Shown here in pieces: positions 37,810-51,766 of a stretch of 64,000 nucleotides of DNA. The notes beneath the pieces were generated by a model, which saw only the letters and a list, made by a program, of their open reading frames with translations, searched no databases and had not been told where the DNA came from. The stretch spans positions 57,474,001-57,538,000 of the forward strand of contig OX597816.1 in assembly GCA_951406725.2 (NCBI GenBank), written 5' to 3'. The stretch is from Octopus vulgaris (lineage: Eukaryota). The translations under genes were made by a program, and so were the position numbers. Position 1 is the stretch's first letter, and every line of letters starts with the position of its first letter.

Positions 37810-40800
37810 GTAAGTGGAATAATTCCTATAATATTTGACACCAAAATAATGGCATGGCATAATTATATTACACACACATATACAAGCATGTATACACTTT
37901 TTGCACTCATACAAACACACAAATGATTGCAAAATATTCCAGGACAAAAAGCATGAGTAATTTTGGTTTTCCTGTTTGGTGAACTAAACCATTCTTTGTA
38001 AAACTGCTGTGGTAGATATTTTCTTGTAGACTATTCTTATAAGCCCCTTTGATTCATTCACAAGTAAATTCTTTGTTTGGACAATTTATTAATTTAATGG
38101 AACTGATTGGCATTAGGAAATGTCATAGCAGAAATAGGATGTAATAATGTTGTTCATAGCCATTTGTCTGGACAAGAGAGACCTTAATTTAAAGCTCATA
38201 AGAGGTAAGTCAGGTCAGGTTGGAGTCAGGTCCATCGGTCGGTCAAATTATATATAAAATGAATCAAGCATTCAACTAAAGGAAACACTTTACTTTGTTG
38301 TAGAGGGCATATTTATTTACTTTTAAAAGGAAAAGGTGGACAGTGACTTTGAAGTTGCACCATGCTTGCCTTTGTCACAGAGACGAGCATGGTGGGACTT
38401 CAAAGGGTCACTGTCAACATTTTTCCCTGTAGAAGTTTCATATATACATATGTATAAACGTGTGTGTGTGTGTGTGTATTAGGCAATGACAGCTCAAGAG
38501 GGGCAGGTTTTAACAAATATATTGGTTAAATGGTTATTAAGAAAAGGAAAGAATCTTCATTCTTTAGATGCTGACCCTACATCAGAAACAAAATTAAACA
38601 GGGAAAATATAAAGGAGAAAAGGTAACTGGAGAGAAAAAATGATTAGGGGTCAGGTGAGAAAGGAGTTTGTGTGTATTATGCTAATAGAAACATCTTTGT
38701 TTGAAAGACAGTTTCCAGCCCCTATGATTAGCGTCATCTTAAAGGACCCAATACTGTGGTTGTGTATGGAGAGGCTGCATTGAGGACTAAATACTATTGA
38801 GATGTCCCCTACTTGTGATGGGTCTACAAACTCTGGGTCCCTCACAAAACCCTTGAGAGAACCATCATTATTGTTAAATATAATTTCATTCTTTCTCACA
38901 CCAAAATGGTGTAAACTTTGATTTCTAACATTAGCACAATTCTTCAGCTTAGTAGGAGAGAAATATAAATTGATAAAATCTTCCCTCATGTATGACTGGT
39001 ATTAGGAGAAGAGATAGGGAGACAGACAAACAAAGGTAAACCTGATGTTATTTAGACTCAGAAGGTTAAAGAATAGAATGAAATATTTAATTCAGAGTCT
39101 CTAATTTCTGTCTCTATGAAGAACCTTAATTCTTTCTACTATTGGCACAAGGTTTTGGAATTTTATGGGAGATGTGGAGGGGGGTCACTTGATTACACCA
39201 GTTCTGTTGCTCAAATGATGCTTATTTAATTGACCCTGAAAGGATGAAAGGAAAAGTTGATTTTGGTGCGATTTGAACTCAGAATATGAAGGACCAGAAG
39301 AAATGCAATGAAGCATTTTGTCTGACCACTCAAAATCCGGCCACCTCACCACTTTACAGAGAACCATAATAATTATTTCAAATTTTTGCCACGAGGGCAG
39401 CTTGGAGGAGGAGGGCATGAGTCGATTACATCAACCCCAGTGTTCATCTGTTACCTATTTTATCGACCCCAAACAGATGAAAGGCAAGGTTGACCTTTGC
39501 AGAATTTGAACTCAGAACGTAGCTAAGCATTTCATCCAGCGTGCTAACAACTCTGCCAGCTCGCCACCCCACAGAGAACCATAATAATGATCAGTCATAG
39601 GAACTAATTGAAACTGTCTCCTCTTAATGAAATAGAAATATTAAACTAATAACTACTTAATAAAGTTTAATTATTAAATTAGTAAAAATCTATATGTCTT
39701 ATTATTGATTATTAAAATATTGTGCTAATCATTCAAAGCAGTTTTTCCCAAACGTTTTACTGATGGAAAAGCCTTGAAATCCATTCCATATCCCAAGGAA
39801 CCCCTACATAAGAATTGTTAATGCCAGCACTAGAAACCTATCTTTGAAAAGTTTGGTACTTCTAAATTCATCTGATGCCACACAGACAGTTCAAGACATT
39901 TCTTAATGTCACTTCATATTCTTCAAACTAATTATGGATCAATATAGGGTGGCAAGCTGGCAGAACCTTTAGAATTCCTTGCAAAAATGCTTTGCAGCAT
40001 TTCGTCTTTCTTTATATTCTGAGCTCCCACCAAGCTTCACTTAGCCTTTCATCCTTTCAGGCTCGATAAAATAAGTACCAGGTGCAAACTGGGGGTTAAA
40101 GTAATCAAAATGTCAGGCCTTGTACAATTATTAGTCAATATTAACGAACTAATTATAAAACCACATTCTCTTATCTAACCATTAGTGTTTATCTTATTAG
40201 CTAACTAAATTAATTAATCTGTATTCTATTAGTTAATGATTAAACAATATCTTAATAGCTAACCACTAGTCTATATTCTTCTAGTTAACCATTATTAACC
40301 AATTGTCCATTCTCCCAGAATTCTCATGAAACTGTTTTCTCCTTTTCTTTCCTTTTCTTGTTGACCTGCCTTTTTTTAATAAAAGCTTTGTATTTTTGAA
40401 TTCCTACTGCTGTAGAGCGTATATAGAACTGGTTGTGGTAATATGGAGATCTATGAACTGAATGTTAGCCAACACATCCCCATTATTAATTCTCTCTCTT
40501 CCATCCACACCACCACCACCACCAATGACAGTGTCTCTGTTATTACTTTCTCCACCCTATCACAATAATAAACCTGTTCCTCCCATTAAATTGTAACTTC
40601 TCTCAATAATTACCCTAATCATCTCTCTCTCCCGTTTAGTCGTGGGAACCCTTTAGTCTAATAATTTACAAAGTGGTCCCACTAATGCTTGTACCATGAG
40701 AAAAGCGGCCAATACACTCTATAAAATGGTTGGGAGAATCAAGCAGAGACAACTCAAAATCGAGAGAACTTTTTAGTGTTGCTGAGGGCCATGATAACCT

Positions 40801-43062
40801 CTCTGGTGCCTGTGCTATAAAGCAAACACACAGAAGTGCACTCTGTAAAGTATCTGGTGTTTGGCAGGGAATCCAACTATAAAAACCATGACAAAACTGA
40901 AATATTAGAGCAAGATGTGGACCTCTGACCCATTAGATTCTGATGAACCAGGAAATCCATGCCTGCATGGAAAATGGTGATGATGATACACATGATGTAA
41001 AGACTAATTATAAAATTGGAAAAGAAAAGTCTGCTTTTCAGATGAAGTCCCTGTTGATACTTGTTCTGATCCAGATTACAAAGACTCCCTGATCGATTTC
41101 ACCATCAGAAATACACCGAACCAGTGATTGATCCGGTCAAATCTGGCAACACTTTTGTGCACCAACTAACATATTTTTTCTACTCGAGGCACAAGGCCTG
41201 AAATTTGAGGGGAGAGGCCAGTCAATTAGATCGACCCAGTATGCAACTGGTACTTAGTTTATCGACCGGGAAAGGATGAAATGCAAAGTTGACCTTGGCA
41301 GAATTTGAACTCAGACGAACTACCGTTAAGCATTTCGCCCAGCATGCTAACATTTCTGCCAGCTTGCCACCTTACCAACTAACATATTAAATAAAGAAAA
41401 AAAATTCTCTGTAATATTGTTCACCTTCCAAATAGTAATTACAAAACCAAACCAATTCCACTGTCTTCACTTTGAGTTACCCAGAAGAAAAGTTTATGTT
41501 AATCCCTAATTTCTTTCCAAGTACCCATATCAATATTTTGCTGTGAGTTAAGGTGATGAGCTGACAGAATCGTTAGCCCACTGGTCAAACTGCTCAGCAG
41601 CATTTCATCTGGCTTTGCATTTTTAGTTCAAATTCCACTGAGATCAACTTTGACATCAACCCCCAAAAGAATGAAAGGCAGTGTTGTGTAACTGGCCTGT
41701 TAAAAGTACCCTTCAATTGCTGGGCAATGCGCTGTGCTTGTGGGGACCTGTTGAACCGAGTGAAATCGTAGTCATGTCTGGTACCAGTGCTGTCTGACTG
41801 GCACCCGTAGCACCATTCAAGCATTGGGCCTCATGGAGGCAGTGACAGGTGACCAAGACCTTTGGCAATATACCTGTCAAACCAAGTGAAACCGTAGTCG
41901 TGGCCAGTGCCAGTGGCATGTAAAAGGCACCCACTACACTCTCGGAGTGGTTGGCGTTGGGAAGGGCATCCAGCCATAGAAACCATGCCAAATCAGATTG
42001 GAACCTGGTGCACCCCCCCCCCCCACCGGTTTACCAGTTTTCAATCAAACCATCCAACCCATGCCAGCATAGAAAGCGAACAATAAATGATGATGACGAT
42101 GCTGATGATGATGATGATGGAGTTGGTAAACTAAGTACCAGTGAAGTACTGGGGTCAATATAATCGATTTTACCCTGTCCCTGAGATTGCTGGCCTTGAG
42201 CCAAAATGGGAAACCAATATTATACTGTGTATTTCCTGTCCCTAGAAGTCACAGACCAAACTCCTTGCAAGCCCTCTCTTACCTCTTCCGTCACAAGAAC
42301 ATGGTGTTGCTGCAGCTCCAAACATCCACCATTTGGACCCTGCATTAAACCCCATTTTCATGATACAAACTCTTTCTTTTAAAATGGTCTCAGTTAAAAC
42401 CTTCCATCAAAATCCCATGGAAATTTAGGTTCCAAAACACCAGATTAATAACAACAAAATTCTTTTACTTAAATTCTTTGTTATTTTCAAACTGAACTGA
42501 AACAAAAGCAGTGGATTTTAGCAGAAAAATGGTAACAAAAGGGCTGAACATTAGCCTCACTTAGTAAATCTTTGTGCAAAAGGATCATATATGACCCCTA
42601 CCAGTTCCGAACCCTATTAAATGGCATCCAATTCATAGAACTCCATAGAGTAATTATATAATGTTTTTCCTGTTCTTTTAATATTTCTTGTGTGTGTTTT
42701 TTTTTTCTCACTTTTTTGTATGTTTTTTTTTCCTCTTTTCTAAACCAAGTGTATTGTAATGGTTTCATATGGTTCCTACCTTGAAAAATTACAACCTTTA
42801 TTCATGGACTCCTGGCCCTTTAACCTAAAAACACTCTACCTACCCACACACACATATATGCATGTGTAATGTATATGATGTACACACACACACACACCAT
42901 CATTGTCATTATCATTATTTCAACGTCCATTTTGACTTGCTTGCATAGGTGAGCAAGAACTTGTCAAGACAGATTTCTTACAGCTGGAAGCCTTTCTTGT
43001 TGCCAACCCTCCCTTGTTTCTTAAAAAGGTAATATTTACCCATGACATGTTTTCCTGAGCAA

Positions 43063-43241
43063 GGCGCAGAAGTGGCTGTGTGGTAAGTAGCTTGCTTACC
43101 AACCACATGGTTCCGGGTTCAGTCCCACTGCGTGGCACCTTGGGCCAGTGTCTTCTACTATAGCCTCGGGCCGACCAAAGCCTTGTGAGAGGATTTGGTA
43201 GACGGAAACTGAAAGAAGCCTGTCGTATATATGTATATATG

Positions 43242-43278
<37 letters not shown>

Positions 43279-43483
43279 TTGTGTGTCTGTGTTTGTCCCC
43301 CTAGCATTGCTTGACAACCGATGCTGATGTGTTTATGTCCCCGTCACTTAGCGGTTCGGCAAAAGAGAACGATAGTACCGGGCTTACAAAGAATAAGTTC
43401 CGGGGTCGATTTGCTCGATTAAAGGCGGTACTCCAGCATGGCCGCAGTCAAATGACTGAAACAAGTAAAAGAGTAAAGAGTAA
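43063..43483 (+). mobile_element. SINE family A
   Basis: Full-length copy. Confidence 0.85.
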
Positions 43484-43583
43484 GGTATAAACAGTAGCTG
43501 CACGACATTGTGAAGTATATTTGCCACCTAAATGTGGCTGACCCTTAAGGGTCGATGCTACTGTAGCTTGTTTGGTGTTAGTG

Positions 43584-43900
43584 AAGGCAGGTGGCTTAAT
43601 GGTTAGGGTATTTGACTTGCAATCATAAGGTTGTGAGTTCGATTCCTGGCAGCAAATTGTGTTCTTGAGCAAGACACTTTATTTCACGTTGCTCCAGTCT
43701 ACTCGGCTGGCAAAAATGAGTTGTTATTGGAAGCCCAACCCTTGTCACACTTTGTGTCATGCTGAATCGCCCTGAAAATTACACTAAGGGTTATGTGTGA
43801 CTGTGGAATACTCAGCCACTTGCATGTTAATTTCACAAATAGGTTATTCTGTTGATTGGATCAACTGGAATCTTCTTCATTGTAACAGGCAGAGCGTTGG
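43584..43900 (+). mobile_element. tRNA-derived SINE family C
   Basis: A box TGGCTTAATGG, B box GAGTTCGATTCC, followed by TTGAGCAAGACACTTT central domain. Confidence 0.6.
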
Positions 43901-44257
43901 TCCTTTATGAAGGACATCCAGATGTGGCCACCATGCCATAACAGGCATTGGAGCTTGATGCATTTAGATTCCTCTGACCTTCCAGATCCTATCAAACCGT
44001 TTGACACATGCAAGCATAGAAGACGGACACTAAAAAACAATAATGATTGTGTGTGTGTATGTGTGTGTGTTCAGAAGACAACATTATTGTAGGATAAAAA
44101 AGGGTAACAATTTTAACCCATTCCCCACCCCTGCCATCCCTTGTCCCATAGAAATCGTTGTCATCTTATCAGAAAATAATTCCAGGCGAAAACAACGATA
44201 CTTTTTGGCAACTAAAGGTTCCAAACACTGTTCAATATTTTAAAAAATGAGGAAGTC

Positions 44258-45045
44258 TGTACATTATTTACATTAGACAGATATGTGTCCTCATCTTGTT
44301 TGCTGTTAGCACAACATTTCACCTGATTTATTCTCCAGCCTTCATCAGGTGTTCTTGTAGGATTTTGAACCCAACCCTGGGTTTTCATTCCTAAGGGTTC
44401 TTTTGTTTTTTTGCTGATATTATTATTATTTATTCAAGGCACTGTCCACAGGCATATAATGTAATGGTTAAAAGTGCAAGCTACTAACCCCAAGATTGCA
44501 AGTTCAATTCCAGGCAGTGTCTTGAATAATAATAATAATACACCTTACCAGCACGTGTCGGTGGCACATGAAAACAACATTCGAGTGTGGTCGTTGCCAG
44601 TGCCGCTGGACTGGCTCCTGTGCAGGTAGCACATAAAAAACACTTTTTTGAGCGAGGTCATTGCCAGAATCACCTGACTGGCCCTCATGCTGGTGGCACA
44701 TAAAAGCACCCACTACACTCTCAGAGCAGTTGGCGTTAGGAAGGGCATCCAGCAGTAGAAACTTTGACAGTTCAGATTGGAGCCTGGTGCAGCCTTCTGG
44801 CTTACCAGTCTTCAGTCAAACCATCCAACCCATGCCAGCATGGAAAGCAGATGTTAAACAACGAATAATAATAATAATAATATCAGCAAAAAAAAATACC
44901 TTAGGAATGAGAAGCCAGTGTTGGGTTCAAAATTCTACCAGGACACCTGATGAAGGCTGGAGAATAAATCAGCCGAAACATTGTGGTAACAACAAACAAG
45001 AGGAGGATACATATCCATCCAATGTAAATAATGTAAATAATGTGA
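44258..45045. mobile_element. Head-to-head pair of hammerhead-SINE copies with nested RTE 3' fragment (44541-44862)
   Basis: Truncated minus copy 44258-44446 abuts full plus copy from 44451; both share the same diagnostic variants. Confidence 0.7.
44942..44987 (+). ncRNA. Minimal hammerhead motif, family 1 (inverted copy near 44308-44353)
   Basis: GACAC-CUGAUGA-A-GGCUG(gagaauaaau)CAGCC-GAAA-CA-UU-GUGGU. Confidence 0.6.
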
Positions 45046-45388
45046 ATATTAAACATTTTAAAAGACTAATAAATATTGAAAACTGATCAAGTTAAAACTC
45101 CTTTTGAGGAACATTGAAACTGTTACAATACACTCTTTGCTTTGTTCAGTAGTGATAGCTATGTTTCTGAATACTGTGTTTCTTTCCTCCTTTAACTCTT
45201 ACCTAATTCTACTTAACGCCATGTATAACATTACATACTTGCTTATATTTCATCGTATCATTTGTGGCTACATGTCACGGCTTGTTTGTCAACTCTTCTA
45301 CCTGTGGCTTGGTCTGCTGGATTTCAGACATTCTTCTAACATAAAGGAAGTAAATTGTCTTCTTTTTTCAACTTTCTCCCCCCCCCGC

Positions 45389-45611
<223 letters not shown>

Positions 45612-46062
45612 CTAACAAACTCTACCTGCTCTGGAGTTGCTTTGAAAGCCTTACACTTGTCTTTAAATTTGTGAAAGGCTTTAAAACATGGTTTGTGCTT
45701 TCAACCTTCTTAACTCAATATTAACTCTATATTTCATCCCTTAATCCAATATTATCTCAGCTGTCCCCTCTCAATCCAATATTAAATTCTCCATCTCAAC
45801 CTAACACTAACTTTACAGGAAATTCAAGAAATATTTTTCAGGATAAAAACAATTATACACTATAATTTTTAGCTTTTACTTTGCACCAATAAAAAAAATA
45901 CACCTCTTCAGACTTTTTTGGTAGAACAAAATAATTACATGTCACATGGTAAATACAAGAAAGAAGTGGTGTAGAATTCAAATAAATAACAGATCTTCAT
46001 TTACGAAGTAAATGAAGACTAAGTTTACTGAAGCGTAAATGCGAGAATGTTAATAAGTAGAA

Positions 46063-46657
46063 GGTCATGGTCATTGCCAGTGCTGCTTGACTGGTTCCCA
46101 TGTCGGTGGCACGTAAAAAGCGCCATTTAAGCATGGTCATTGCCAGTGCCACCTGACTGGGTCCTGTACCAGTGGCATATAAAAAGCACCATTCAAGCAT
46201 GGTTGTTGCCAATGCCACCTGACTGGGTCCCATCCTGGTGACACATAAAAAGCATCATTCAAGCGTGGTCATTGTCAGTGCTGCCTGACTGGCCCTCATG
46301 CAAGTGGCATGTAAAAAGCACCCACTACACTTTCGGAGTGGTGGGTGACAGGAAGTGCATCCAACTGTAGAAACCTTGCCAGATCAGATTGGAGCCCTGT
46401 GCAGCCTCCCGGCTTACCAGTCCTCAGTCAAACCGTCCAACCCATGCCGGCATGGAAAACGGACGTTAAACAATGATGATGATGATGAAGGAAATAGAAT
46501 CAAAATGCAGACAGAATTTAACAATTAGGGAGAGAAAACTTGCCAGATCAGATTGGAGCCAGGTGCAGCCTCCCAGCTTACCAGTCCTCGGTCAAACTGT
46601 CCAACCCATGCCAGCATGGAAAGTAGACGTTAAACAATGATGATGATGATGATGATG
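46063..46657 (+). mobile_element. Two adjacent RTE-type 3' ends
   Basis: 46063-46487 and 46537-46657, each ending in (GAT)n and followed by the same about 47-bp sequence. Confidence 0.7.
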
Positions 46658-46737
46658 AAGGAAATAGAATCAAAATGCAGACAGAATTTAACAATTAGGG
46701 AGAGATAGAGAGAGTGAGAGAGAGAGTGAGAGAGAGA

Positions 46738-46768
<31 letters not shown>

Positions 46769-47133
46769 GAGAGTGAATGCTATGGCTACCACTGATGGTT
46801 AAGGTACAATTCATGACAGATATTACTTTTAAACAAAAATGGCTCCCAGACTACTTCACAAAAATAACTCCTGTCACTCTGATGAAACCAAAATGTCATC
46901 TGCATCAGGTTGCTGCAATTACAACTTTCCCCCTTTAACCTAACACTCTAATTTCCACTCTCTGCCCAATATTACCTCCATTTTCCATTTCTTTTTTCAG
47001 CCTCCCACACAGGATGTGCCTCACTCTAAATTCACCCGATTCTTAATTGTTTCCCATTGCTACAATGATTGCCTCTCTTGAACCTTGGAGTCCCTGGTTA
47101 TGATACAAATCAATTTCTCTGGACTCTCTTTTA

Positions 47134-47329
47134 CTCTTACTCTCTCTTTTACTTGTTTCAGTCATTTGACTGCGGCCATGCTGGAGCACCGCCTTTAGTC
47201 GAACAAATAGACCCCAGGACTTATTCTTTTTGTACGCCCAGTACGTATTCTATCGGTCTCTTTTTGCCGAACCACTAAGTAACGGGGACGTAAACACACC
47301 AGCATCGGTTGCCAAGCAATGCTAGGGGA

Positions 47330-47379
<50 letters not shown>

Positions 47380-47535
47380 CGACGGGCTTCTTTCAGTTTC
47401 CGTCAACCAAATCCATTCACAAGGCTTTGGTCGGTCCGAGGCTATAGTAGAAGACACTTGCCCAAGGTGCCATGCAGTGGGACTGAACCCGGAACCATGT
47501 GGTTGGTAAACAAGCTACTTACCACACAGCCACTC
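47134..47535 (-). mobile_element. SINE family A (a divergent + copy follows at 47584-47735)
   Basis: Reverse complement of family A; partial copies also at about 460-575, 1385-1730, 12575-12690, 22530-22640, 36955-37190, 57540-57720. Confidence 0.85.
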
Positions 47536-48382
47536 ATTTCCTTAATGAATTGGCTGATGGCGGTTTTAACATATAAAGGCTTAGGTGCAGGCATGGCTGT
47601 GTGGTTAACAAGTTTGCTTCCTGACCAAATGGTTTTAGGTTCATTACCACTGTGTGGCACCTTAGGCAAGTGTCTTCTACCATTACCCAGGCCAACCTTG
47701 CAAGTGAATCAGAAGACAGAAACTGAAAGAAACCAATTGCGTGTGTGTGTATTGTGCTGAATGTCTGTTCAATATGTTTGGAATGTGACCAGCTGTGTGT
47801 TGATGGGTGTGTATGTTGTGATGAATGTCTTATTGAAGAAAGAATTAGGGTTTTCCATTGGGTTAGATGTATACTTTTGAGTGTCTCCACCTGTGTGTAT
47901 GTGTGTGGTCACCAGCTCTGTGTGTGTGTGTTGACATTGCAGGATAGTTGTAAATAAGTGTCACCATCATACAAGCAGGGTCTTTCATTACTTTGTAATT
48001 TTATTGAGGCAGTTAGTGATGAAGTCAGTTCTAAGAATTCTTTGTAGTGTTTGTGGATCTATTGAATGATCTTCAGGTTCATTCATTGCTGTGTTAACCT
48101 GAACAGACAAATTCTTACAAAAAAAAAACTACTCTAAATCTTCCACACTGATATTTTATATTCTTCCTTCATTGCCCGACTTAGCAATGCCAATGATGAC
48201 AGCTTGTTTTGCGTTCCTTTGTCAAATTCCCGGAAATCCTTGAATTACTTCCAATCATGTATTTTTGCCTTCTTTCATTCCACTTGCTCTGATATTGTCT
48301 ATAACTTTCAGGATATGGTAGTTTTATCAGAACCCCTTGACAGATCCTTTTTCTTGACCCCCTATTTCTTCAACTTGTTTAA

Positions 48383-48602
48383 CCCTTTCATTACCAACCC
48401 AGCTGAAACTACTCTGGCTCTGAGTACAAATGTCTTGTTTTTATAAGTTTTGAATTAAAATCATCCACCAAACCTTAGTAACAATTTATGTTCCTAACAC
48501 TAGCTGAATGATAGCTAAATTAGTCTACTAAATTCTTTGTTTTATTTAAAATCAACTGAAAGAAACACAGAGAATCTCAAAATAAATACAGTAATGAAAG
48601 GG
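48383..48602. mobile_element. piggyBac-like MITE family 2
   Basis: TTAA-CCCTTTCATTAC..GTAATGAAAGGG-TTAA. Confidence 0.8.
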
Positions 48603-48609
48603 TTAAAAG

Positions 48610-49230
48610 TACAATGAATGTAGCCATCCTTCATTTTATAAACTATATTCTGATCCAAGGGTTGGGGTTTTGAAGTGGTACTTGGTGATAGATGTACCAT
48701 TTTGTCAAGAATGCCTGATGAGTGTTGAGATTCTGGCGATGACCTGGAGTATTATCAATCACCGATGTCATTGATTCAAGGTTATGTTCTTCACAATATC
48801 TTGTTACTGCCAGACAAAACCATTCTGTGAAAACTTCTGTGATGACTCGAGTGTTCTTTATTGATTTACAAATCACTGATTGATGCATTTTGACATTTCT
48901 CTCATTAGTCATGAATTTCCTAATATTTTACTCATTAATCATGGTGTTATCAAACCATAAACAAGCATTGGCTCCAGCGTAGAATCTCCTAAAACATCAC
49001 CACCAAATGATAATGTTAAATAGGATTTTTCTTCTCCACACATCCTAAACCCTGAAGCACTTTTTCTTCTTGGAAGATGGAAATATTTTGTAACATTCTT
49101 TTCCAAAAACAAAAAAAAAACCTGCTTTGTCTCCATTGAATCTAAATTGGTGAGGGGAGCCGTCACATTCAGCGACACTCTTAAAAACCTCGGGGCCTGT
49201 ATTTCCCTTTCAATTCCACTTAGCACTTTG
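48610..49230 (-). mobile_element. pogo/Tigger DDE transposase relic
   Basis: LTLSFGGDVLGDSTLEPMLVY, VFTEWF..VIDNTPGH and QPLDQ motifs across frameshifts. Confidence 0.65.
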
Positions 49231-49515
49231 TGTGTATGTGAGACTACAAATACATAAATGTGACACAGAGTTTCTTACAATTATCATAGCAATGAAATGA
49301 TACTCAACAGAAAATATCGTTGGCACTAAACGGGAGAGTACTAAGCAAATACAACTCTATGTTATTGACAGCTAGTGACTTAATGCCATTTCGTAAATTT
49401 TAACTAAAATTCAATTTCACCGAAATTTCTAAGGGTGATTATAATTCTACTCACTAAGACAAAGAGTTGTCTCCCAATCACTGACAGTTCTTAATTCCAC
49501 GTGTGACTTCAATTC

Positions 49516-50750
49516 ATCACCAGCATCATCATTTAACGTCTGCTTTCCATGCTGGCATGGGTTAGATGGTTTGACTGGAACTGGTAAGATGGAGAGTAGC
49601 ACCAGACTCCAGTCTGATTTTGGCTTGGTTTCTTCAGCTGGACGCCTTTCCTTACACCAACCACTTCAAGAGTGTTAGGGGTACTTTTTACATACCCCTG
49701 GCACAGGTGCCATTGACATAACACTGGCAACAGCCACAACTATGATTTCACTTGGCTTGATGAATCTTCTCATGCACAGCCTATCTCCAAAGGTCTTGGT
49801 CACTTGTTATTGCCTTTGTAAAGCCCAACATTCAAAGATCATGCTTCCCCACCTCGTCCCTTGCCTCTTTGAGGCCCAACATTCAAAGATCATGCTTCCC
49901 CACCTCGTCCCTTGCCTCCATGAGGCCCAACATTCAAAGATCATGCTTCCCCACCTCGTCCCTTGCCTCCATGAGGCCCAACATTCAAAGATTATGCTTC
50001 ACAACCTCGTCCCTTGCCTCCATGAGGCCCAACATTCAAAGATCATGCTTCCCCACCTCGTCCCTTGCCTCCATGAGGCCCAACATTCAAAGATCATGCT
50101 GCTGTCAGTGGCCACAATTACAATTTCCCCAGTGTCATTTATATGACACCAGCAATGGCCACCATTACAATTTCACTTGGCTCAACGTGTCTTCTCACAC
50201 ACAGCATATCACTAAAGGTCTTGGCCATTTGTGATTACCTTTGTGAGGCCTAACATTCAAAGATCATGCTTCACCACTTCGTCCTATGTCTTCCTGGGTC
50301 TCTCTCTTCCACAGCATTCCTCCACTGTTAGAGATCGGAACTTCTTTACACAGCTGTCCACATCCTTATGCATTACATGACCATACCAGAGCATTCATCT
50401 CTCTTGCACACCGCATCTGATTTCTCTTATGCCCAACTTTTCTCCCAAGATGCTTACACCCTGTCAAACATGCACACTGACATTGCACATCCAGCAAAGC
50501 ATGCTAGCTTCATTTCTTTCAAGCCTTTGCGTGTCCTCTGCAGTCACAGCCCACGTTTCACTACTGTGGAACATAGCTATCACACACAGGCATCATACAG
50601 TCTACCTTTCATTCTAAAAGGGAAGTCCTTTGTTGCCAATGAATGTAGAAGCCTATTCTTATCCTAACAGCTATACTCTCAGGGTATCTACCACCTCCAC
50701 TGCTGATTTGGTCACTTAGATGATGGAAGCTATCAACTACTTCTAGGCAA
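49516..50750 (-). mobile_element. RTE-clade LINE 3' remnant (ORF end plus 3' UTR plus (GAT)n tail)
   Basis: Minus strand encodes decayed ..GRPRKT*DEVVKHDL*MLGL.., followed by the same UTR (GGTTGG..AGGAAGGGCATCCAGCTG..GTTAAATGATGATG) as the many short copies. Confidence 0.65.
49809..50100. repeat. 51-bp minisatellite, about 5.7 copies
   Basis: Unit GAGGCCCAACATTCAAAGATCATGCTTCCCCACCTCGTCCCTTGCCTCCAT. Confidence 0.9.
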
Positions 50751-51766
50751 CATACTTGGTATTTGATGGAGACTGTTTAAGAATGACTCTTACTTAATAT
50801 CATCCAACAAAAACCAGCTTTCAGAACACGATTGCTTCCCTACACAAAACTGGAGTGTCCAAACAATCAGACCTTTTGCATTTGTGAAACTTTTAGTAAT
50901 AGAAATCTGAGTCATATTTCTAATGCAAATATATACACTTCAGAATATGTAGTGAAGGTGGTTTACTTTCATACACCTATTTATATATTAGGAAAGGCAT
51001 CCAGCTGTAAAAACCATGCCAAAACAGTGGAGCTTGGTGCAGTCCTCTGGCTTGCCAGCTCCTATCAAACTGGCCAACTCATGCCAGCATAGAAAACAGA
51101 CATGATAATGATGATATACAATATAATTTGTAAATATCTAATTATCTGCAAAAACCATTCTTATTCATTTTTTCAAATATACACACACAGCAGGCATTTC
51201 TACTCCACATTAAGTATAGAGTTCAATATCAGATCAGGTTTTCAACTTGCATAATAACAATATTTGTATATATTTTATTATGCATACATGTGTGTGTGCG
51301 TGTGTGTGTGTTTGTACACAAATATATAAATAGCTGAAAGTGCTTCAAGTGAGTTTTCTGCATACAAAAAAACGAATATGGCGGAGTTATTTAAATGCAC
51401 AGAAAGTGTCCTAGAAATAGTTGATAGCATCTCATACCATGATGACCTGGTTAGCATTCAAGGGATGATTCTCCCCAAGAACATAGTTGCCAAAATAATT
51501 ACCTCTGTTAATAAAAGGGGGCTCCGTCTCAAAGTAAAGGGGTAAACTGTTCAAGGTTTGTGCAGGTGTGATTGCAGCATGGTAGCTAGACTTGGGCCCT
51601 GGATGTGAATGGTTCATAAGGGTTGGAAAGAAATGAAAGGAATATGATACCATGCTCCACTATTAGATGGTGAGATGTGTGAAGGATGGAAAACAAATGA
51701 GACAAGAGAAAAATGGACAGAAGAAGAAGAAGAATTAAATGGAGTTAAAGAGAGAAGACTATAGTG

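Noticed and set aside
38651-38989. 112-aa minus-strand ORF
   Set aside because: No recognisable motif or splice support; probably decayed repeat or chance.
43584-43660. tRNA gene candidates at SINE heads
   Set aside because: A and B boxes are present, but there is no complete cloverleaf and each continues into repeat body sequence.
46876-46915. Isolated CTGATGA (also at about 3400, 21587, 36163, 40940, 48716)
   Set aside because: No helix II followed by GAAA and no closing helix I; chance heptamers.
47745-47957. Cys-rich ORF that might be a hidden EGF exon in the 23.9 kb intron
   Set aside because: Cys residues come from decayed (TG)n; no 8-Cys EGF spacing.
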